64,000 nucleotides of DNA from Planctomycetota bacterium (lineage in GTDB: Bacteria; Planctomycetota; UBA1135; GCA-002686595), in the NCBI GenBank assembly GCA_036011365.1, contig DASCNH010000069.1, forward strand, positions 11,467 through 75,466, read 5' to 3'. Each line of letters begins with the position of its first letter. Position 1 is the first letter of the stretch. The position numbers and the translations under genes are program-made. Positions 9,974 to 18,312 of this stretch are shown here, one piece after another. A model generated the notes under the pieces. That model was not told the origin of the DNA and did not search any database. It was given only the letters and a program-made list of their open reading frames with translations.

Positions 9974-10714
9974 ATGCTGCACACCAGATACCTCCTGCCG
10001 TTCCTGCTCCTGCCCCTTTCCTGCGGGGGGACTCCGGAACACCACCCCGAGCACGGCGCCGCCCAGGCGCCCGCCCACGCCGGCCCGGCCGGTGCGCCGC
10101 TCCACGGGGAGCACGAAGGCCGTGATCATCGGGATCGCCACGGGCCGCCGAGCCTGGAGCGCTACATCAAGATGCTCGCCAGCGAGAAGCGCGTGGCGGA
10201 GCTGCGCGTGGCCGACACGCTCTCCGCCCTGGACCTGCCCGCCGACGCGGTGGTAGCCGATGTGGGCTGCGGACCGGGAGTGTTCACCTTGCCCCTGGCC
10301 CGGGCCTGTCCGAGTGGAGTGATCTACGGCGCCGATGTCGAGCCCGGCCAGCTCGATGCCCTGCGCACGGGGCTCAAGAAAAACGATCTCACCAATGTCG
10401 TGCCCGTGCTCGCTTCCTACCACGACCCCCACCTGCCCCCGGGCCGCGTGGACCTGATCCTGATTTCCGACACCTGGCACCACATCGATGACCGCCCGGA
10501 TTACCTCCGACGCCTGGAGGGCTATCTGGCCCCCGGCGGTCGCCTGGCCTTTGTCGAATACAAGCCCGGCGACATTCCAGTTGGTCCACCGGGCAAGCAC
10601 AAGCTGGCCGCTGGACAGCGGGAGGCCGAGCTCGCCGCCGCCGGCTGGAAGCGGCTGGAGTCCTTCGACCTGCACACCTGGCACGACTTCGAGACCTGGC
10701 AGCCGATCAAGTAG
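9974..10714 (+). CDS. class I SAM-dependent methyltransferase with N-terminal signal/lipoprotein-like peptide and a His-rich segment
   Basis: N-terminus MLHTRYLLPFLLLPLSCGG, then a His-rich stretch EHHPEHG..HGEHEGRDHRDRHG. The SAM motif I is VVADVGCGPGVFTLPLA, and GGRLAFVEY occurs later. Confidence 0.8.
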   Translation: MLHTRYLLPFLLLPLSCGGTPEHHPEHGAAQAPAHAGPAGAPLHGEHEGRDHRDRHGPPSLERYIKMLASEKRVAELRVADTLSALDLPADAVVADVGCGPGVFTLPLARACPSGVIYGADVEPGQLDALRTGLKKNDLTNVVPVLASYHDPHLPPGRVDLILISDTWHHIDDRPDYLRRLEGYLAPGGRLAFVEYKPGDIPVGPPGKHKLAAGQREAELAAAGWKRLESFDLHTWHDFETWQPIK

Positions 10715-10747
10715 CAAGCGCCGCCCCAAGCCAACCTCCCGTACCCC

Positions 10748-11539
10748 ATGCCCGAACTCCTCTCACTGCTGTTCATCGTCCTGGTGTCGATGGTGATAGT
10801 GCGGGTGGGCGCGATGGCCCTCTCCAAGACCGGCCTCTCCATGGACATCAGCCGCTTCCAGGCCCAGAGCGCCTACATGGGAGTTGGCTTCACCACCAAG
10901 GAGTCCGAAACGATCATGGAGCACCCGTTGCGGCGACGCATCGTACGCATCCTGATGATGCTCGGCAGTGCGGGCATCGCGACCACCATCGTCACGCTGG
11001 TGATCACATTTACGCAGAACAAGTCAGAGGGTCCCGGCATCGTCACGCAACTCGGCTACACGGTCCTTGGCCTGGTGGTGATCTCCGTTTTATGGCGCCT
11101 GAAGTCAGTGGATCGCATGGTCAGCCGCTGGGTGCACTATCTCCTCTCGAAGTCAACGGCCCTGGCCATTCACGATTACGAGGAGTTGCTGAAAACCCAG
11201 AAGGGTTACGCCGTGGCCCAGATCCAGATCGAGCAGGGTGACTGGCTGGCCGGTCTCAGCCTGCGCGAAGCGAATCTGACAGCCGAGGGTTTGGTGGTTC
11301 TGAACATCACGCGCAGCAGTGGGTCCGTGCTCGGCACGCCCACCTCGCGCACGCGCATTCAGCCGGGCGACCGGCTTCTGTGCTATGGGCGCGACGAGGA
11401 CTTGGCGGGCCTCTCCCACCGTCCCCGAGGCGCGGAAGGCGACCAGGCCCACACCCGCGCCCTGCGTCGCCAGTATCTACGCCAGGAGGAGGAGCGTGCC
11501 CAGGACCTGCAGGCCGATCTGCCCTTCCCCGGGGCTTGA
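10748..11539 (+). CDS. membrane protein with C-terminal TrkA-C (RCK_C) domain
   Basis: Two or three hydrophobic helices precede an RCK_C-like segment (QIEQGDWLAGLSLREANLTAEGLVVLNITRSSGSVLGTPTSRTRIQPGDRLLCYGRDEDL). No K+ selectivity filter was seen. Confidence 0.7.
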   Translation: MPELLSLLFIVLVSMVIVRVGAMALSKTGLSMDISRFQAQSAYMGVGFTTKESETIMEHPLRRRIVRILMMLGSAGIATTIVTLVITFTQNKSEGPGIVTQLGYTVLGLVVISVLWRLKSVDRMVSRWVHYLLSKSTALAIHDYEELLKTQKGYAVAQIQIEQGDWLAGLSLREANLTAEGLVVLNITRSSGSVLGTPTSRTRIQPGDRLLCYGRDEDLAGLSHRPRGAEGDQAHTRALRRQYLRQEEERAQDLQADLPFPGA

Positions 11540-11620
11540 CAGCTGGAAAATCGAGCCTGGGCCAGCATGCCCACCTCCGGGCAGAGTTAGGATGGCCCGG
11601 CACCCCCAACACCACACACC

Positions 11621-11872
11621 ATGTCCGAATACGAAGTTGTCGATTTCCAAGTTGAACCTGTCGAGGGTGACGACCAGATGGCCATCACCATCAACTCCTC
11701 GGACGGCAACACCTGGGAATACGGCGTGCCCTATTCACGCTCCACGGGGCGCTACTCCTTCGAGGAGATCGGCCTGATCGAAGTCGACTTCGGCGACGAG
11801 TTCGCCGAGCAGTTGACCGAGCGTCTGGACGCGCTGCTCGAAGAGATCCTCAAGGAATCCCTTCCAGGCTGA
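11621..11872 (+). CDS. small acidic hypothetical protein (83 aa)
   Basis: ATG-initiated ORF with coding-like codon usage directly upstream of moxR. There is no obvious SD and no recognisable family. Confidence 0.5.
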   Translation: MSEYEVVDFQVEPVEGDDQMAITINSSDGNTWEYGVPYSRSTGRYSFEEIGLIEVDFGDEFAEQLTERLDALLEEILKESLPG

Positions 11873-11923
11873 CCGGCGACAAACGGGTATGAACGGACTC
11901 CCACGACCACCGTTACTCTCCAC

Positions 11924-12928
11924 ATGAGCGACACGCACGAGCTGGAAGCGGAACTGGCTGATCTGCGCACGGACCTGGACACGCTGTCCACGACCATCCG
12001 CGCACGCGTCCTGGGCCAGGACCGCGTGGTCGAGGAGTTGCTCCTGGTCCTCCTGGCCGGTGGCCATGTGCTGCTCGAAGGCGCCCCGGGCCTCGGCAAG
12101 ACGCTGCTCGTCAATGTGCTTGCGAAGAGCCTCGGCGCGACATTCCGCCGCATCCAGTTCACGCCAGACCTGATGCCCGCGGACATCATCGGCACACGCA
12201 TCATCCAGGAGAACCCGGATGGTGGTCGGCGTTTCGTTTTTGAACCGGGACCAGTATTCACCCAGGTGCTCCTGGCCGACGAAATCAACCGCGCTACGCC
12301 GCGCACCCAATCCGCCCTGCTTGAGGCCATGCAGGAGCACCAGGTGACCGTCGCCGGGGAGGCGCGCAAGCTCGACGAGCCCTTCTTCGTCGTCGCCACC
12401 CAAAACCCCATCGAGATGGAGGGCACCTATCCCCTGCCGGAAGCCCAGCTCGATCGCTTCCTCTTCAAGGTGCTGGTTGAGCCGCCGCACCTCGCTGGCC
12501 TGGTGGCCATCCTCGACGCCACCACCGGTGCCCCCGCGGAGCACCAGCGCGAGGTCATCGACGCCGGGCGTCTGCTGCGCCTGCGCGCCTTGGTGCGCCA
12601 GGTCCCCGCCAGCTCCCAGATGGTAGAGCTGGCCAGCCGCTGTGTACTGGCCACGCACCCCACGGACACCTCTGCCCCGGACAGCATCAAGCGCTTTGTG
12701 CGCTACGGAGCAAGCCCGCGCGGGGGCCAGGCCCTGCTGCTCGCCGGCCGCGCCCGCGCACTCACCAAGGGTCGCCTGTGCGTGACGGCTGACGATCTCG
12801 CTGCCGTGGCCGTCCCGGCCCTGCGCCACCGCTTGATCCTGGGCTTCGAGGGTGAGGCCGCCGGCGCCCAGTGCGATGAGCTCGTGGCCGACGCCCTGGC
12901 AGCCGCACTCCACGGCCAAGAGCGCTAG
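11924..12928 (+). CDS. MoxR-family AAA+ ATPase
   Basis: Walker A LLEGAPGLGKTLL, RIQFTPDLMPADIIG, Walker B VLLADEINRATPRTQSALLEAMQE, PLPEAQLDRF. Confidence 0.9.
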   Translation: MSDTHELEAELADLRTDLDTLSTTIRARVLGQDRVVEELLLVLLAGGHVLLEGAPGLGKTLLVNVLAKSLGATFRRIQFTPDLMPADIIGTRIIQENPDGGRRFVFEPGPVFTQVLLADEINRATPRTQSALLEAMQEHQVTVAGEARKLDEPFFVVATQNPIEMEGTYPLPEAQLDRFLFKVLVEPPHLAGLVAILDATTGAPAEHQREVIDAGRLLRLRALVRQVPASSQMVELASRCVLATHPTDTSAPDSIKRFVRYGASPRGGQALLLAGRARALTKGRLCVTADDLAAVAVPALRHRLILGFEGEAAGAQCDELVADALAAALHGQER

Positions 12929-12942
12929 CCCGCATCAATCAC

Positions 12943-13875
12943 ATGAATCCTATCCACGCCATGGACGCCGCCTCATCACACGCCAAGTCAGCCGCCACGC
13001 GCTTCTGGCAGGCTCAGATCGAACCAACCCTGGGCGACCTTGAAACAAACCTCGCCACGCACCTGGCCGCCATCGCAGAGGCCCGCGCAGCCGGGGCTGA
13101 TGTGATCCTCTTCCCGGAATTGTCGCTCACCGGGTACTTCCTGAAAGACCAGGTAAGTGATGTGGCCCGCACTCTGGACAGCGAGGAACTCTCCTGCCTT
13201 TGCGAGGCGTCAGCGGAAATCTCGATCGCCTTCGGTTTCGTTGAAGCAGCCCCCGACGGACGCCTCTACAACTCTGTGGCCTTCTGCGAGGACGGCGCCT
13301 TGCTTCACATTCACCGCAAGGTGCATCTCGTCACCTATGGCATGTTCGAGGAAAGCCGGGACTTTGCCGCCGGCGATGACTTCGCGGTCTTCGACTCCAA
13401 GCACGGCCGCTTTGGCATCTTGATCTGCGAGGACGCCTGGCATGTGGGCGGAGCCTACCTGCAATACATGGCCGGTGCCGACACGCTCCTGGTGCACTCA
13501 TCCAGCCCCGCCCGGGGCGTCTCCGCCGTCGATCCCGGAGATTCAGTTGCGGAACCCGGCACGCTGGCCTCGAACCGCACCTGGGAAACGTTGCTTGCCG
13601 CCCAGGCCCTCTTCTTCCGGACCCCCGTGCTGTTCACCAACCGCGTTGGTGTGGAGGACGGTGTCCTCTTCTCCGGATCCAGCCAGGCCCTGGATGCTGA
13701 AGGAACGCGCCTCGGGCGCATCGACGGCCTCGACCCAGCCCACCTGGACACCACCCTCAGCGCGAGCAGCGTGCGCCGGGCCCGGCGCGCCACCCCCCTG
13801 CGCCGTGACGAGAAACCCTGGCTGCTCTTCAAGGGCCTGGCCCGCCTGGAGGGGTTCGAGGTGGACGAGGAGTGA
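12943..13875 (+). CDS. carbon-nitrogen hydrolase (nitrilase superfamily), probable glutaminase subunit of NAD synthetase
   Basis: The Glu-Lys-Cys triad context is visible (ILFPELSLTGY, HRKVHL, FGILICEDAWH). Its stop overlaps the GTG start of nadE by 4 nt. Confidence 0.85.
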   Translation: MNPIHAMDAASSHAKSAATRFWQAQIEPTLGDLETNLATHLAAIAEARAAGADVILFPELSLTGYFLKDQVSDVARTLDSEELSCLCEASAEISIAFGFVEAAPDGRLYNSVAFCEDGALLHIHRKVHLVTYGMFEESRDFAAGDDFAVFDSKHGRFGILICEDAWHVGGAYLQYMAGADTLLVHSSSPARGVSAVDPGDSVAEPGTLASNRTWETLLAAQALFFRTPVLFTNRVGVEDGVLFSGSSQALDAEGTRLGRIDGLDPAHLDTTLSASSVRRARRATPLRRDEKPWLLFKGLARLEGFEVDEE

Positions 13876-14702
13876 ATACCCTGGATGTGGATCCGGCCCT
13901 GGTCGAGTCGCTCCTGGTCCGTTTCCTGCGCAGCGAGGCGGGCAAGTTCGGCTTCACGCGCGCCGTCCTGGGCCTCTCCGGTGGCATCGACTCGGCCGTG
14001 TCCGCGGCGCTCGCCGCCCGCGCCTTCGGGCCTGAAAACGTGTTGGCCGTCATGCTGCCCTACCGCACCTCAAACCCCGACAGCGAGGGAGACGCGAAAA
14101 CAGTAGCAGCCGCCATCGGCCTGCCGACGCGCCTGGTGGACATCTCCGCCATGGCCGACGGTTATCTGGATGGTGCGCCGCAAGGGCCGATCGAGGCTCC
14201 CATGCGCCGCGGCAACGTCATGGCTCGCTGCCGCATGATCGTGCTCTACGACCTCTCCGTCGAGTGGAGTGGCCTGGTCATCGGCACCAGCAACAAGACA
14301 GAGATCCTGCTGGGCTACTCAACCCAGTTCGGAGACGCCGCTAGCGCCCTGAATCCCCTGGGCGATCTCTACAAGCACCAGGTCATCCAGCTGGCGCGCT
14401 ATCTCGATCTGCCCTCGGCCGTCATCGACAAGCCACCCTCCGCCGATCTCTTCGAAGGCCAGACTGACGAAGGCGAACTCGGCTTCAGCTACGTCCAGGC
14501 GGATCGCTTGCTGGTGCGCCTGGTGGACGAACGCCGCAGCCGCGCCGAACTCCTGGCCGAGGGTTTCTCCGCCGGCTTCATAGACACCATCACGCACCGC
14601 ATCGCCCAGAACCAGTACAAGCGCCTGCCCCCCATCGTCGCCAAGCTCGGCCCCCGCACCGTGGGCCAGGACTTTCGCTACCTGCGCTCCTGGGGCCACT
14701 GA
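13872..14702 (+). CDS. nadE: NAD+ synthetase, single-domain form
   Basis: PP-loop LGLSGGIDSAV, SNKTEILLGYSTQFGDAA, PSADL. It is 276 aa and translationally coupled to the upstream CN-hydrolase. Confidence 0.9.
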   Translation: MNTLDVDPALVESLLVRFLRSEAGKFGFTRAVLGLSGGIDSAVSAALAARAFGPENVLAVMLPYRTSNPDSEGDAKTVAAAIGLPTRLVDISAMADGYLDGAPQGPIEAPMRRGNVMARCRMIVLYDLSVEWSGLVIGTSNKTEILLGYSTQFGDAASALNPLGDLYKHQVIQLARYLDLPSAVIDKPPSADLFEGQTDEGELGFSYVQADRLLVRLVDERRSRAELLAEGFSAGFIDTITHRIAQNQYKRLPPIVAKLGPRTVGQDFRYLRSWGH

Positions 14703-14997
14703 GGCACCACGCGCTCACTGACCCGGGTGCCCCGCCCGGCGCTGGCTGCTAGCGCCAGCTAGAGCCGGGCCCACCACTGCTCAGATCCGGCGGAAGATCG
14801 ACTACATCAATGGCCAGGGCCCAGGGGTCGTCTCTTGTGCCCGCGGCCAGCTCATTCAGGTGGACACTTACCGAAGCCGCAGCTTGTTCACCCAGACAGA
14901 TTTCCTGATCCGATAGGAAGTGGAACGCCCCCTTCACTGCTGGAAATGCGCGCCAGCCGCTGCGGTGTCGGCCTCCGACAAGAGCTCGCCTTGGCTC

Positions 14998-15453
14998 TCA
15001 ATCCTGGAGACGCCGCGTGAGGCCCTCAAGGTCACAGGACTCGATTTCGCCCTGCCGGATCGGCCCCATGTAGCTGAAGCGTTCCTCCTCTTCGAGGCTC
15101 ATCATTTCGATCTGGGCACCCTTGGGCATGGTGAAGCGGTCCAGGTCGGCGCCTATGGAGCCCTCCCCCAGGATCGAGCCGAGATTGTCGCGCAGTTCAG
15201 CCGGGAGCGCTTCGCGGCCCTCCAGGGCAGCCTTGGCCCGCAGACACACTTCCAGGGTGCTTAGCAGGTTAGTGCGGATGCGCATCAGGCGCTCCACATC
15301 GGGGTCGGGACCAGCCAGGGCCCGCTTGACCTTGGCCCCCGCCGCCTCTAGCACGGCCACCAGGCAGCTGATCTTGCGCAGCAGGCGCTCGCGGTATTCG
15401 TCCGAGTCCAGACTGGACTCGCGGAAAGGCTCTTTTCGACGGGGGTCACTCAT
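14998..15453 (-). CDS. hypothetical protein (151 aa)
   Basis: The start was moved to ATG 15453 (M18 of the track ORF), which is preceded by AAGGA 6-7 nt upstream. Third-position GC is high, and no family was recognised. Confidence 0.65.
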   Translation of the reverse strand: MSDPRRKEPFRESSLDSDEYRERLLRKISCLVAVLEAAGAKVKRALAGPDPDVERLMRIRTNLLSTLEVCLRAKAALEGREALPAELRDNLGSILGEGSIGADLDRFTMPKGAQIEMMSLEEEERFSYMGPIRQGEIESCDLEGLTRRLQD

Positions 15454-15693
15454 GGATGTTCCTTGGTTGGTCGCCATATGCGACATCCTAAAGGTACCCC
15501 GCACGCGCCGCCGCTGCCCCTCCCGCGCCCCCAGAAGGCCACCGGGGCCCCTTTCGCGGGTCCGGAGACGGCCACAAAGCCTCCATAACCGGCGGCGGCA
15601 CAGGCACTTACGTCATTGTGGCGTCCCTGGAAGGGTATGCGCCAAAGACACCTCTCCCCCGGTGGTGTGCGCCGGCTGCCTGGCTCCAGCCCC

Positions 15694-16719
15694 CTACAGC
15701 ATGGAGCGCAGCATCTCGAAGAGCTCCGCCTCGGGCACCTTGCCCATGAGCATGACCGGCGTGCGGTCGATGCGGCCCGTGACCATCGTCCAGGGCCCCA
15801 CGGTGTAGCGGTCCACAAGGCCCACATCCCGGGCGTCGCTGCTCTGGACGCCGGACTCCCGCGGGCCGTGCATGAAGATCACCCGCTCGGCACCGTCCCC
15901 GTAAACCAGCTTGGCCCAGACCTCGGCGCCATTATCCAGGCGTTCCGCGCTCTCGAGCAGAAAGCCCGTCGGCGGCAGTTGGGGCAGGTGAAGCGTGAAG
16001 CCCAGGTCAGCGGACGGGTCACCCAAGAGATTCAAGGGGCTGGTCGGGAAGAGCTCTCCCTGCAGTGTCAGGTCCGATAGATCCGGCGCCAGGTCGAGGC
16101 TCTCGTACTTCATGCGGATGAGCAGCTCTCCGGAGAGGCTGAGCTCCTCGTAGCGCAGGATCAGGCTGTTGGCCGCGTCCACGGCGATCTCGTAGTAACA
16201 GGCGGCGTCGTTCAGACGCTGGAGGCGGAACTGTTCACAGATGCGCCCGGCAATGACCGTTTGCAGGCCGAGGTCCGTGACCGTGTAGTTCTCAAGGAAC
16301 CGGTTCAGGTCGCGGATCTGGAAGTCGCGATAGCGGTAGAAAAAGCCCTGCCGCGCCTCCTGCACCAGCAGGAAGAGGGGCTCGTCGGCGAGGGCCGGGG
16401 CGAGGACATCCAACGGCACAATGGTGAAGTTGCCCTGGCCGTCGGCGGCCACCTCTTCGCGGTAAATGAGTTCCGTGGGGGCACCGCCCACGGTGTAGTG
16501 GGCCTCAACGGTGCGGGTGCCGCGGTAGAGAACCGTCCAGGGGGCATCCGGGATACCCTCAAGAATGGGCGGCGGGCTTCCGGGCCCTTGGGTGCCGCCA
16601 CCAATCTGGGTCGCCCCGGCGGGCTGGCCTACGGGCAGACGAACAGTTTGGTCGCCGCAGGAGGAAACCAGGAAGAGGGCGGCCAGGGCCAAAGCGCTCG
16701 CCTGTCGTGCGGGGATCAT
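15694..16719 (-). CDS. RseB/MucB-like periplasmic lipoprotein, third gene of an ECF module
   Basis: Lipoprotein signal LALAALFLVSSC. It has an ATGA overlap with the anti-sigma gene. The C-terminus (LPPTGFLLESAERL...LVYGDGAERVIFMHG...MLMGKVPEAELFEMLRS) resembles the RseB C-terminal domain. The call rests on position plus weak similarity. Confidence 0.55.
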   Translation of the reverse strand: MIPARQASALALAALFLVSSCGDQTVRLPVGQPAGATQIGGGTQGPGSPPPILEGIPDAPWTVLYRGTRTVEAHYTVGGAPTELIYREEVAADGQGNFTIVPLDVLAPALADEPLFLLVQEARQGFFYRYRDFQIRDLNRFLENYTVTDLGLQTVIAGRICEQFRLQRLNDAACYYEIAVDAANSLILRYEELSLSGELLIRMKYESLDLAPDLSDLTLQGELFPTSPLNLLGDPSADLGFTLHLPQLPPTGFLLESAERLDNGAEVWAKLVYGDGAERVIFMHGPRESGVQSSDARDVGLVDRYTVGPWTMVTGRIDRTPVMLMGKVPEAELFEMLRSML

Positions 16720-17462
16720 CGCTGGCCCTCCGCGCTCAAGATGCCGCCGGTCAGGCCGTCGAGCAGCTCACGGGCCAGGGGGTCGAGACCCGCCAGGTCA
16801 TCCATGCGCCTGATTTCGAAGCCGTAGTCGTCGCTGCTATCGGGGGCCGTGGGGCCGCTTTCCGGGCCGGCAAACCACAGGATCAAGGCCGCTGCCACGC
16901 CCAGACCCGCCAGGCGCCGAGGGCCCATGCTCAGCAGGCGGCCGCGGCGGATCCCCGGAGAGTGGGTGGCCCTGGTGGGGCTGGCCAGTTCCAGCTCAAC
17001 GCGGGTGTCCAACTCGGCGGGAGCCGCCACGCGAGGCAGGCGGCCAATGGCCCGGCGAGCCTGTGTGGCCAGGGGGTTCTTCAGCTCCTCGTTCACCAGG
17101 CGATCGAGCACCGTCGGGGCGTGCAGCTCCTCCCGGGGCAGGTCACCGCCACCCAGGACCACTGCCTCCAGGTCGGCGTGGGACTCGCGGCGCTCCAGGG
17201 AGGCCACGGCTCGGCCGATGCGTTCCGCACGACCCTCCGGAGCCAGGGCCTGGCTGACGAACTCTGTGAGTTGCGGCGGAGCGCTCAGGCGTTTGAGGCC
17301 GGTGAGGGCTCGGGACTGGGCCAAGAGGCGCTCCTGGGCGGCGGCGCAGTCCTCGCAGGACCGCAGGTGCTCCGCCAAGGGGCCGGTGGCCTGGGTCAGC
17401 GGGCCGACGAGCTGGACGAGATCCAGCAGGTCAGTTCGGGGTTGTGTACAAGGGGAAGTCAC
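16716..17462 (-). CDS. ZAS-type anti-sigma factor (single-pass membrane protein)
   Basis: HxxxCxxC motif (EHLRSCEDCAAAQ) and one TM helix (LAGLGVAAALILWFAG). It lies 30 nt downstream of the ECF sigma gene. Confidence 0.7.
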   Translation of the reverse strand: MTSPCTQPRTDLLDLVQLVGPLTQATGPLAEHLRSCEDCAAAQERLLAQSRALTGLKRLSAPPQLTEFVSQALAPEGRAERIGRAVASLERRESHADLEAVVLGGGDLPREELHAPTVLDRLVNEELKNPLATQARRAIGRLPRVAAPAELDTRVELELASPTRATHSPGIRRGRLLSMGPRRLAGLGVAAALILWFAGPESGPTAPDSSDDYGFEIRRMDDLAGLDPLARELLDGLTGGILSAEGQR

Positions 17463-17492
17463 GGCTATGAGTACCTATCGGTGCAGGACAAG

Positions 17493-18101
17493 TCAGGCGA
17501 GGTAGTGCTTGTCGAGAACCGGGGTGAGCTCCCGGTCGAGGGCTGCGTGAGCCCTGGAGAGACGGGACTTGACGGTCCCGAGTGATATTTGGAGGACCTC
17601 GGAGATTTCCTCATAGGAGAGGCTCTCCGTGTAGCGCAGGACGGTGATGGCCCGCATCTTGGGGCTCAACCGGTCGATGGCTGACTGGATTTCGGTCTCG
17701 AGCTCGTGGCGGGAGGCGGCGGCGGTGGGCAGCTCCACGCTGCCGTCGGCCACCTCAAAGCGGCCAGAACCCGTGGGGCCGGCATCCTGCAGGGCATCGA
17801 GGCTGGTGGTCCAGCGGGCTGCTGCCCGGCGCTTCAGGTCGATGCTGGCGTTTACGGCGATGCGGTAGATCCAGCTGGAAAAACGGGATTCGAAGCGAAA
17901 GCCGTCAATTTTGCGGAAAAGGATGCCAAACGTCTCCTGGGAAGCGTCCAGGGCGTCCGTGGCATTGCCGCAGATGCGGTAGCAGACATTGTAGATCCGG
18001 TCCCGGTAGAGCTCGTAGAGCTCCCGGTAGGCGCCGTCCAGTCCCCCGGAGGGGTTCTGCTGGCAGCGCAGGACTACTTCTCTGTCTGAATCGATGGGCA
18101 T
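17493..18101 (-). CDS. ECF (group 4) RNA polymerase sigma factor
   Basis: Region 2 (YRDRIYNVCYRICGNATDALDASQETFGILFRKIDGFRFESRFSSWIYRIAVNASIDLKRR) and region 4 (RAITVLRYTESLSYEEISEVLQISLGTVKSRLSRA). Confidence 0.9.
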   Translation of the reverse strand: MPIDSDREVVLRCQQNPSGGLDGAYRELYELYRDRIYNVCYRICGNATDALDASQETFGILFRKIDGFRFESRFSSWIYRIAVNASIDLKRRAAARWTTSLDALQDAGPTGSGRFEVADGSVELPTAAASRHELETEIQSAIDRLSPKMRAITVLRYTESLSYEEISEVLQISLGTVKSRLSRAHAALDRELTPVLDKHYLA

Positions 18102-18118
18102 GGCTTGAAACTGCCGAC

Positions 18119-18147
18119 TTTGACGGGCATTTCCCAGGGCCGGTTCC
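18119..18147 (-). promoter_or_regulatory. candidate ECF-type autoregulatory promoter (GGAAC-N17-CGTCAAA)
   Basis: The minus strand reads GGGAACCGGCCCTGGGAAATGCCCGTCAAAGTCGGCAGTTTCAAGCC-ATG. The -35 GGAAC and -10 CGTC/TCAAA are spaced as in sigmaE/ECF consensus promoters. The implied leader is only ~10-15 nt. Confidence 0.4.
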
Positions 18148-18312
18148 CATCATAAAACAACTTCCTTCGCTGAGGGGGTAGAAACCCGTGCTCTGCGTCG
18201 GGGCCGAGATGGGGAAGGGCTGGGGGGAAGCGCCGGGGAGGATCGTGACAGGGTCCGATCAACGCGCCCTAGGCGGGCCCGCCCGAAACCGTGTGCAAAA
18301 TCTGGCTGACCC

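Noticed and set aside
11621-12928. MoxR ATPase considered as part of a MoxR-DUF58-VWA (Bat-like) system.
   Set aside because: No DUF58 or VWA genes follow. The downstream genes are the NAD synthetase pair, so only a solitary MoxR preceded by a small acidic ORF can be supported.
14749-15000. The hypothetical gene 14998..15453 (minus) ends at a TGA that is followed in the same frame by an 82-codon open extension (track ORF 14749..14937). With selU in the window, this raised the idea of selenocysteine or read-through.
   Set aside because: Third-position GC of the extension, counted by hand, is only ~60% versus ~85-90% in real genes here. The peptide looks random and I saw no SECIS-like hairpin. 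Long stop-free stretches are expected by chance at this GC content.
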